A DNA stretch of 64,000 bases from an uncultured Pelagibacteraceae bacterium (GTDB taxonomy: Bacteria; Pseudomonadota; Alphaproteobacteria; Pelagibacterales; Pelagibacteraceae), in contig CACAUA010000001.1 of the NCBI GenBank assembly GCA_902535625.1, positions 2,517 through 66,516 on the forward strand, given 5' to 3'. Each line of letters begins with the position of its first letter. Positions within the stretch are counted from its first letter, which is position 1. The notes below the pieces were generated by a model. That model saw only the letters and a program-made list of their open reading frames with translations, was not told the DNA's origin and did no database searches. Of the stretch, positions 56,592-64,000 are shown piece after piece. The translations under genes and the position numbers were made by a program.

Positions 56592-58610
56592 ATGCCAAAA
56601 AAAAAAGTTAAAAAAAAGAAAAAAATAATTACTAAAAGAAAAACTAAGACAAAGTCTATAGTACCAAAGCAAGATAAAGAACTTATATATAAAACAAAGA
56701 AAGATTGGATTAGCAAAGCTTTAGTAAATAAATCTCAGTATGAGAAAAAATACAAAGCTTCAATAAAGGATAACGATGGATTTTGGAAAAAAGAAGGAAA
56801 AAGAATTAATTGGATAAAACCATATACAAAAATTAAAGATGTTAAATATAGTAAATCAGATGTTAAAATAAAATGGTTTTATGATGGTACTCTTAATGCA
56901 TCGGCAAATTGTATTGATAGACACTTAAAAAAGAATAAAGACAAAACCGCAATTATATGGGTTGGAGATGACCCAAAAGTCCAAAAGAAAATTTCTTATA
57001 AGGAATTGCACAAAGAGGTTTCAAAAGCTGCAAATGGACTTAAAGAATTGGGAGTGAAAAAAGGAGACCGAGTTACAATTTACCTTACCATGATACCTGA
57101 ATTAGCATACACTATGTTAGCTTGTGCAAGAATAGGAGCGGTGCATTCAATAATTTTTGGAGGCTTTTCCCCTGATAGTATTTCTGGAAGAATAAATGAT
57201 TGTGAGTCTGATTATTTAATTACAGCTGATGAAGGAGTAAGAGGTGGAAAAATTATACCTCTAAAATCAATTGCTGACGAGGCTTTAGTAAATTGTCCAA
57301 ATGTAAAAAAATGTGTAGTTGTCAAAAGAACAGGTAATAGAATAAATTGGGATGAACGAAGAGACGTTTGGTATCACGAGTTAACAAAAAAAGTCTCGAA
57401 TAAATGTGAACCTGAAGAAATGAATGCAGAAGATCCCTTATTTATTTTATATACATCAGGATCAACTGGTAAACCAAAAGGTGTAATGCACACGACGGGT
57501 GGTTACATGGTTTATGCTTCAATGACCCATCAATATATATTCAATTATAAACCTAAAGATATTTATTGGTGTACAGCTGACATTGGTTGGGTAACTGGTC
57601 ATAGCTATATTATTTATGGACCATTATCAAATGGTGCAACAACAATAATGTTTGAAGGAATTCCAACTTATCCTGATAGTTCAAGATGGTGGCAAATCGT
57701 CGATAAGTATAAAGTGAATATTTTTTATACTGCCCCAACAGCAATAAGAGCTTTAATGAGAGAAGGTGATAAGCCTATTAAGAAAACATCAAGAAAATCA
57801 CTGAAATTATTAGGAACTGTAGGTGAGCCAATCAATCCAGAAGCATGGGAGTGGTATTATAAAACTGTTGGAGATTCTAATTGTCCGATTGTTGATACTT
57901 GGTGGCAAACTGAAACTGGTGGAATATTAATTAGTCCACAAACAGGTGCTATAAATTTAAAACCAGGTTCAGCAACAAAACCATTTTACGGAATTAAACC
58001 AGTAATAGTTAACAAAGATGGAAAAGTTTTAAAAGGAGAGGCAGAAGGTCGTTTGTGTATCGCGCAATCTTGGCCTGGCCAAATGCGGACAGTTTATGGC
58101 GATCATCAAAGATTCATTGACACATATTTTTCTCAATTTGATGGTAAATATTTTACAGGAGACGGATGCAGAAGAGATAAAGATGGATATTACTGGATCA
58201 CAGGAAGAGTGGATGATGTAATTATTGTTTCAGGTCACAATCTTGGAACTGCTGAAATAGAAAGTGCATTTGTTGCTCATCCAAAAGTAGCAGAAGCTGC
58301 TGTAGTTGGATATCCACATGATATTAAAGGTAATGGTTTATATTGTTACGTTACTTTAAATGTGGGAGAAAAATCAACTCTAGATTTAGAGAGAGATTTA
58401 AAGCTATGGGTAAGAAAACAAATTGGTCCGATAGCTACACCAGATCTAATTCAATTTTCACCTGGACTTCCAAAAACTAGATCAGGTAAAATTATGAGAA
58501 GAATTCTAAGAAAAATTGCAGCAAATGAACATGACCAATTAGGTGACACAACAACCTTAGCAGATCCAAGTGTAGTAAAAAGCTTAGTTGAAAATAGAAA
58601 AAATACTTAA
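56592..58610 (+). CDS. acs: Acetyl-CoA synthetase
   Basis: [40 protein letters not shown]. Confidence 0.97.
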   Translation: MPKKKVKKKKKIITKRKTKTKSIVPKQDKELIYKTKKDWISKALVNKSQYEKKYKASIKDNDGFWKKEGKRINWIKPYTKIKDVKYSKSDVKIKWFYDGTLNASANCIDRHLKKNKDKTAIIWVGDDPKVQKKISYKELHKEVSKAANGLKELGVKKGDRVTIYLTMIPELAYTMLACARIGAVHSIIFGGFSPDSISGRINDCESDYLITADEGVRGGKIIPLKSIADEALVNCPNVKKCVVVKRTGNRINWDERRDVWYHELTKKVSNKCEPEEMNAEDPLFILYTSGSTGKPKGVMHTTGGYMVYASMTHQYIFNYKPKDIYWCTADIGWVTGHSYIIYGPLSNGATTIMFEGIPTYPDSSRWWQIVDKYKVNIFYTAPTAIRALMREGDKPIKKTSRKSLKLLGTVGEPINPEAWEWYYKTVGDSNCPIVDTWWQTETGGILISPQTGAINLKPGSATKPFYGIKPVIVNKDGKVLKGEAEGRLCIAQSWPGQMRTVYGDHQRFIDTYFSQFDGKYFTGDGCRRDKDGYYWITGRVDDVIIVSGHNLGTAEIESAFVAHPKVAEAAVVGYPHDIKGNGLYCYVTLNVGEKSTLDLERDLKLWVRKQIGPIATPDLIQFSPGLPKTRSGKIMRRILRKIAANEHDQLGDTTTLADPSVVKSLVENRKNT

Positions 58611-59236
58611 AAATTTATTAATTCAATAAATTCCTTTTTAACATTATCCCATTTTAAGATCATAGAATTTAAAACAATTTTTTTGTCTAAAGATTTTAAT
58701 TCTTCAGCGATTGGAGACCATTCATATAATGATAGCGCGCTGGTATTAAATGGTAATGACTCGTGATATTCATTCCAATTAATCTTTTCATATCTTTCAA
58801 GAAAATTTTTTTTTGCATTTTCATATATTTCCTGTGGCATTTCATTTTTCTGAAGTTCATTATCTAAAATTTCAAAATAAATTTCATTTGCTTTCTCAGT
58901 ATCATGTTGATTTCTGATATTTTTTAAAAAAGAGATAGTATAAAAAGTTAAATCCTGTAATGCAGTTGAATAAATATTCCATTTAGCTTTGTTAATCGAT
59001 CCTAAAAATATTTCATCTTCAAACATCAATACATATTTTGCCCCCATTCTAGTTTTCAGATATCCGTAAAGAGTAACTTGACTTACCCACGCAGATTTTT
59101 TTTGGATAAATTCTTTTAAGTCAGAATAGTTTTCAATTTTTTTTGTTTTTTTAAAATATTTTAAAAATGGAACGAAATATTCCTTTAAATACTCAAATTT
59201 CAAATCTTTGAGCTTTAATTTGTATTTGATGCCCAT
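58607..59236 (-). CDS. Conserved hypothetical protein
   Basis: 209-aa ORF with conserved-looking segments [18 protein letters not shown] and WSPIA; function unknown. Confidence 0.65.
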   Translation of the reverse strand: MGIKYKLKLKDLKFEYLKEYFVPFLKYFKKTKKIENYSDLKEFIQKKSAWVSQVTLYGYLKTRMGAKYVLMFEDEIFLGSINKAKWNIYSTALQDLTFYTISFLKNIRNQHDTEKANEIYFEILDNELQKNEMPQEIYENAKKNFLERYEKINWNEYHESLPFNTSALSLYEWSPIAEELKSLDKKIVLNSMILKWDNVKKEFIELINF

Positions 59237-59347
59237 TTAAAACCGATATTACAACTTTTACTATAAATATATGCCATTTTTTACCCTTTAAATATCACTT
59301 TAAATGAGTATGAATTATATCTTTAACCTATAGGGAGGATTAAAATA

Positions 59348-59605
59348 ATGTCAAACAAAGAAAAGCACTGGGAAAAAACCAAAGGATTGATGATAATTAC
59401 ATTAATTATTTGGTTTGTTTTCGGTTATCTGATCTTCATGTTTGGTTCTGACCTAAACACTTCAAGTTTTATGGGATATCCATTAGCGTATTACATGTGT
59501 GCGCAGGGTTCCATCATTGCATTTGTGGTCCTAATTTTTTGGTTTGCAAATAGACAGGAAAAAATTGATGAAGAGTTTGGTTTTACCGAAAAGGAGGATG
59601 ATTAA
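59348..59605 (+). CDS. DUF4212-like SSS transporter small subunit
   Basis: Two TM helices, GYPLAYYMCAQGS; TAATG-coupled to the SSS gene; RBS AGGGAGG. Confidence 0.85.
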   Translation: MSNKEKHWEKTKGLMIITLIIWFVFGYLIFMFGSDLNTSSFMGYPLAYYMCAQGSIIAFVVLIFWFANRQEKIDEEFGFTEKEDD

Positions 59606-61443
59606 TGTTTAAAGGCAATTTTATTGACAACCTACCAAAAATTTACGGGACATATACTGGGGGCTTCTTCATATTCATCATTTTGATGGCAATAGCAGAG
59701 CAAGCAGGTATGACCGCTAAAACAATTGGTATTTTGTTTGTCGCCTTTACAGTCTGTATATATGCCATAATTGGATATCTATCTAGAACTGTACAAGTCG
59801 ACGCTTATTATGTTGCTGGAAGACAGGTGCCAACAGTCTTTAACGGAATGGCAACTGCAGCTGACTGGATGTCAGGTGCATCATTCGTTGCAATGGCTGG
59901 TGGTATTTACTTTGGTGGTTATACTTATATGGCTTTCTTAGTCGGATGGACTGGGGGATACGTTTTAGTATCATCACTTTTAGCACCATACTTAAGAAAA
60001 TTTGGATGTTATACTGTGCCAGATTTCATTGGAACAAGATACGGCGGAAACTTTGCAAGGTTCTGTGCTGTAGTTGTTTTAACATTGGCATCTTTCACAT
60101 ATGTAACAGCTCAAATTAACGCAACAGGAACAATTGCATCTAGAGCACTAAGTATTCCATTTGAATTAGGAGTTTGGGTTGGACTAGTAAGTATTTTACT
60201 TTGTTCAATGCTAGGCGGAATGAGAGCGGTAACTTGGACACAGGTTGCACAATACATAGTATTGATTATTGCTTATCTAATTCCAGTATTCTGGATTAGT
60301 AACAAATCTGGATTTGGTTTCTTTCCACACTTTATGTTAGGTGAGGAAGTGGCTAGATTAGGTGCACTTGAATCGCAATTTGGATTAGTTAAAAATGCTG
60401 CTGCAGATATAAAAGCTGCAGGTGTACCAGGTGGTCTAAAATCTATCGCTGTATCACACGCAGGTGTGCCAGAAGGTGGAATGGCTGCATGGAAGTTTAT
60501 TTCATTAGCACTATGTATGATGGTAGGAACAGCTTCTTTACCACACATTTTAATGAGATACTTCACTACTCCAAGTGTTAAAGCTGCAAGAAAATCAGTG
60601 GCATGGTCACTATTCTTTATTGCATTGCTTTATACTTCAGCGCCAATGCTTGCAACATTATCCAAAATCTCACTGATAGATCCAAACTTACCAACTGGTA
60701 TTATTGGAAAACCAATTGCTGAAATTATGCAAATTGAGTGGGTAAATGCTTGGATTAATGTAAAACAAGCCTTCATAGCAGACTTTAACGGAGATGGTAT
60801 TCTTCAGTTAAATGAATGGTTTATGAGAGGTGACGTAGTTGTACTAGCAACTCCTGAAGTTGCCGGACTACCATACGTAATCTCTGGACTAGTTGCTGCA
60901 GGAGGAATGGCTGCTGCGATGTCAACTGCTGATGGTCTAATTCTTGCTATCGCAAACGCTTTATCACATGATATTTACTACAAAATCATTGATCCAAAAG
61001 CAGATGTAAGAAAAAGATTGTTGGTTGCTAGAGCACTTCTAATTGTTATTGGTGCCGCTGGAGCATACATTGCATCAATGAGGATCACTAGTATCCTTGG
61101 TGCAGTTGCTTGGGCATTTGACTTTGCAATGTCTGGATTGTTCTTCCCATTAATACTTGGTGTATGGTGGAAGAGAGCAACAAGGCAAGGGGCAATAGCA
61201 GGTATGATAGCAGGTCTTGCATCAGGAACAGCTTATCTAATTTATGTGTATCCTAAGTTTATGGGTAATGCACCTTGGTTAGGTATTGACCATTTACGTT
61301 TCGGTATAATCGGAGCGTCGGTATGTTTAGTTGTAATGGTTGTAGTAAGTTTAATGACTGAAGAACCAGATAAAGCTACGCAGCAAATGGTAGACGAAGT
61401 TCGTGTTCCATCAGGTAAGACAATACTTGGTAAGCAACACTAA
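59605..61443 (+). CDS. Sodium:solute symporter, ActP-related (VC_2705-like subfamily)
   Basis: NGMATAADWMSGASF, LGGMRAVTWTQVAQY, LPHILMRYFT, AAAMSTADGL. Confidence 0.92.
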   Translation: MFKGNFIDNLPKIYGTYTGGFFIFIILMAIAEQAGMTAKTIGILFVAFTVCIYAIIGYLSRTVQVDAYYVAGRQVPTVFNGMATAADWMSGASFVAMAGGIYFGGYTYMAFLVGWTGGYVLVSSLLAPYLRKFGCYTVPDFIGTRYGGNFARFCAVVVLTLASFTYVTAQINATGTIASRALSIPFELGVWVGLVSILLCSMLGGMRAVTWTQVAQYIVLIIAYLIPVFWISNKSGFGFFPHFMLGEEVARLGALESQFGLVKNAAADIKAAGVPGGLKSIAVSHAGVPEGGMAAWKFISLALCMMVGTASLPHILMRYFTTPSVKAARKSVAWSLFFIALLYTSAPMLATLSKISLIDPNLPTGIIGKPIAEIMQIEWVNAWINVKQAFIADFNGDGILQLNEWFMRGDVVVLATPEVAGLPYVISGLVAAGGMAAAMSTADGLILAIANALSHDIYYKIIDPKADVRKRLLVARALLIVIGAAGAYIASMRITSILGAVAWAFDFAMSGLFFPLILGVWWKRATRQGAIAGMIAGLASGTAYLIYVYPKFMGNAPWLGIDHLRFGIIGASVCLVVMVVVSLMTEEPDKATQQMVDEVRVPSGKTILGKQH

Positions 61444-61455
61444 ATTAAACTTTAT

Positions 61456-61482
61456 TGGGGGCGATATTCGCCCCCATTTTTT
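61456..61482 (+). terminator. Intrinsic terminator after SSS gene
   Basis: TGGGGGCGA-TAT-TCGCCCCCA-TTTTTT. Confidence 0.9.
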
Positions 61483-61491
61483 CAAAAAATA

Positions 61492-61827
61492 ATGCCAATA
61501 TATATTTTAGTAATTGATTATATTCTAGGTATAATCATGTGGACATTGATTGGAAGATCCGCAATGAATATTTTCCAAAAAGAAGATTCAGAATTTTTTT
61601 TCATGAAGGTCTTTGTAAAATATACAAATCCAATAATTAAAATTTTTAAATTCATAACTCCGACCTTCATTATAGGACCGTTAGTGCCACTTTATGTTGC
61701 ATGGTTTTTTTATATGTTCAGATTTTATTTAATGCCTTATTTAATGGGTTATTCTGTTATGGGAATGTTATCGTTTCCATTAGAAAGTGAAATAGCTGCG
61801 GAAATTTACAAAGTATTTGGTAAATAA
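61492..61827 (+). CDS. Small membrane protein (weakly YggT-like)
   Basis: 111-aa hydrophobic ORF; DYILG..MWTL.GR, TNP, ITP. Confidence 0.65.
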   Translation: MPIYILVIDYILGIIMWTLIGRSAMNIFQKEDSEFFFMKVFVKYTNPIIKIFKFITPTFIIGPLVPLYVAWFFYMFRFYLMPYLMGYSVMGMLSFPLESEIAAEIYKVFGK

Positions 61828-61874
61828 TAATTCAAATATATTCAAAAATTGATAGTACTAGTTTTTATTTAATA

Positions 61875-62534
61875 ATGAAAAATATACAAATTTCACCTTC
61901 AATACTCTCTGCAGATTTTAGCCAGTTAGGTAAAGAGATTAAACGACTAGAGGATGGTGGTGCAGATTTGATACATGTTGATGTAATGGATGGGCATTTT
62001 GTTCCCAATATAACAATTGGGCCCCCAGTGATAAAAACACTTAGGAGCTATACAAAATTACCTTTTGATGTGCATTTAATGATCTCACCAGTTCATAAAT
62101 ATATTAAAAATTTTGCTGAAGCTGGATCTGATATAATAACAATTCACCCTGAAGCCACTGATAATTTGATCGAATCAATTCATCTGATAAAGCAATTAAA
62201 GAAAAAAGTAGGTATATCTTTAAATCCAAACACAGAAATAAATGTAATAGAAAAAACTTTAAAAGATATTGATTTAGTTTTAATAATGAGCGTATATCCA
62301 GGGTTTGGTGGTCAAAAATTTATACCAGAGGTAATTGAAAAAATTAAAAAACTTTATCAAATAAAGAAGGGAAATAACTTAAAATTTGATATTGAGGTTG
62401 ATGGTGGAATAAATTTTTCCAATTCAAAAGAAGTTTTATCAGCAGGAGCAAACATATTAGTTTCTGGAACAACCATATTTAAAGAAAACGACGGCGATAT
62501 TAAAAAAAATATAGAAACTCTAAGATCAATGTAG
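61875..62534 (+). CDS. rpe: Ribulose-phosphate 3-epimerase
   Basis: PSILSADF, HVDVMDGHFVPN, DVHLM, MSV.PGFGGQ, VDGG. Confidence 0.97.
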   Translation: MKNIQISPSILSADFSQLGKEIKRLEDGGADLIHVDVMDGHFVPNITIGPPVIKTLRSYTKLPFDVHLMISPVHKYIKNFAEAGSDIITIHPEATDNLIESIHLIKQLKKKVGISLNPNTEINVIEKTLKDIDLVLIMSVYPGFGGQKFIPEVIEKIKKLYQIKKGNNLKFDIEVDGGINFSNSKEVLSAGANILVSGTTIFKENDGDIKKNIETLRSM

Positions 62535-62535
62535 G

Positions 62536-64000
62536 ATGCATTTAAAAAATTCTTTAATTACAATAAATGAATTTTTTTACTCTTCTAAAAATCAAATAAG
62601 AAAATTATACCTAAGATCAAATCTCTATAATAATAAAATTTCAAAAACTGAAATAAACTACATTTCCTATAGGCCCAGCCTAAGTATTCTTAGTTGCTTA
62701 GTTAAATTTGATAAAAAAAAGATTAAAATTGAGGAATTAAACAAAGAAAATATTTGGGAAAATAAATTATTAAGTGGAAATAATTTAAAGAAACTAAATA
62801 ATTTTTATTGGCTGTTTAGCATTGATTTAAAATCTTCTGCAAATATTACACAATCAATAATAGAAAAGTGGATCGAAAAAAATGAAAATTATAATTCATT
62901 TACATGGCAGCTTGATATTTTATCAAAAAGAATAATTTCTTGGATATCAAACTCTAAATTAACATATGATAAAAGCGAAGACGTATATAAAAAAAAATTT
63001 AATTTTTCTATAAACAAACAAATTAATCATTTAATAAATGAGATAAGTAAATCACAATCTGTTGATGACAAATTATTGGGCTGTACTGCAATAATAATAA
63101 CAGGACTATCATATGAAAATGAAAAATTTTTAAACTATGGTTTAGAATTATTAAGAAAAATTATCATTAACTCTTTTGATGACGAATATTTTCCAAAAAC
63201 AAGGAGTATTAGACAGTTAAATTTTTATTTAAAATATTTTGTTCTTGTTAGAGAATTATTAAAGGAATCTTTTAATAATATTCCTGAATACCTTGATGAA
63301 ATAATTTTCTATCTCGGAAAATCTTACGTGATTTTCTCACAACCTGAACAAAGTTTTCTTTTTAATGGGAATCATCAAAATGACTTAAAAGAATTTAATA
63401 AATATTTATCACAATACAAATATAAATTTGAAAATTCGAATAATGAAGTTGGGGGATACGCAATTTTAAAAAATAAAAATTGCATACTTGCTATGGATGT
63501 TGGAAATTCCCCCCAAAAAAGATTTTCACATAATTATCAAAGTGGAGCGCTTTCATTTGAATTCTTTTACAAAGATAAAAAGCTAATTTCAAATTCTGGA
63601 TATTTTCAGGATTATAAAAGCAAACTAAATCTAATTTCAAAATCCACCGCTGCCCATTCAACTCTTATAATAAATAATCATTCAAGTTGTTCATTTAGAA
63701 ATAGCAGAAGCTATAAGTTATTAGAAAATGGTTTGAAAATTAATGACAAAAATATTGTTAATGAAAAAAACTATTGGTTAGTCAAAGCATCTCATAATGG
63801 TTACTTAAAAAAATTGGGAATTTTACATGAAAGATCTTTAGAATATTTTGCAGAAAAAGATAAATTGATAGGAACAGATAAAATAATTTCAAAAAATAAA
63901 TTGGAGTCAAAAAAATACGATATCAGGTTCCATATGGAGCCAGGTGTTAAATTAACAAAAACTTTAGATAACAAAACTATACTAATTGAAATTGAAAATT
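62536..64000 (+). CDS. Heparinase II/III-like protein (partial, runs off the window; not in ORF track)
   Basis: Open frame from ATG 62536 (MHLKNSL...), containing SGALSFE, STAAHSTL, ASHNGY, HER, IRFH; usual position after rpe in Alphaproteobacteria. Confidence 0.8.
   Translation, partial: MHLKNSLITINEFFYSSKNQIRKLYLRSNLYNNKISKTEINYISYRPSLSILSCLVKFDKKKIKIEELNKENIWENKLLSGNNLKKLNNFYWLFSIDLKSSANITQSIIEKWIEKNENYNSFTWQLDILSKRIISWISNSKLTYDKSEDVYKKKFNFSINKQINHLINEISKSQSVDDKLLGCTAIIITGLSYENEKFLNYGLELLRKIIINSFDDEYFPKTRSIRQLNFYLKYFVLVRELLKESFNNIPEYLDEIIFYLGKSYVIFSQPEQSFLFNGNHQNDLKEFNKYLSQYKYKFENSNNEVGGYAILKNKNCILAMDVGNSPQKRFSHNYQSGALSFEFFYKDKKLISNSGYFQDYKSKLNLISKSTAAHSTLIINNHSSCSFRNSRSYKLLENGLKINDKNIVNEKNYWLVKASHNGYLKKLGILHERSLEYFAEKDKLIGTDKIISKNKLESKKYDIRFHMEPGVKLTKTLDNKTILIEIEN

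Noticed and set aside
1242-60566. Many short ORFs antisense to or nested in confident genes (e.g. 4246-4602, 7671-8000, 9937-10344, 20089-20418, 40717-41061, 60273-60566)
   Set aside because: They lie largely or wholly within well-supported CDSs and show no motifs; they are typical shadow ORFs.
1-64000. tRNA, rRNA, prophage or IS elements
   Set aside because: No intergenic gap contains a cloverleaf or rRNA-like sequence, and no ORF shows integrase, transposase or phage motifs.

Overview
A+T-rich, almost gap-free alphaproteobacterial DNA. Gene content, gene order and extreme compaction suggest a SAR11/Pelagibacterales genome (inference). Contents in order: dapF 3' end and ftsY; a membrane/hydrolase operon; a GGT-family hydrolase + oxalate-CoA-ligase-like + PanE2-like operon; a ~19 kb minus-strand small organic acid/polyol block (TRAP transporter, amidase, GlpS/T-type ABC transporter, Zn-ADH, 2-hydroxyacid dehydrogenase, FAD oxidase, aminotransferase, two FMN alpha-hydroxy-acid oxidases); ccmCDEFGH; hspQ, yciB, yccA, tas-like, argG; a photolyase cluster; tesA/ybbAP-like genes; folD, mscS-like, hemDC, tsaD; a ~4.3 kb accessory cassette (MORN protein, SGNH hydrolase, di-iron ferritin-like protein, NodU-type carbamoyltransferase, SxtK-like micro-protein); EVE, acs, an SSS transporter, rpe and a partial heparinase II/III-like gene. 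I saw no tRNA, rRNA, CRISPR array, integrase or transposase. Best leads: (1) an unannotated ~60-nt hairpin RNA between hspQ and ccmC with an anti-Shine-Dalgarno-like loop complementary to transporter ribosome-binding sites in this window; (2) the carbamoyltransferase/di-iron/SGNH cassette; (3) a candidate oxamate->oxalate->oxalyl-CoA->glyoxylate route; (4) a shared operator-like palindrome 89 nt upstream of two transporter operons. All family calls come from motif recognition, not database searches.
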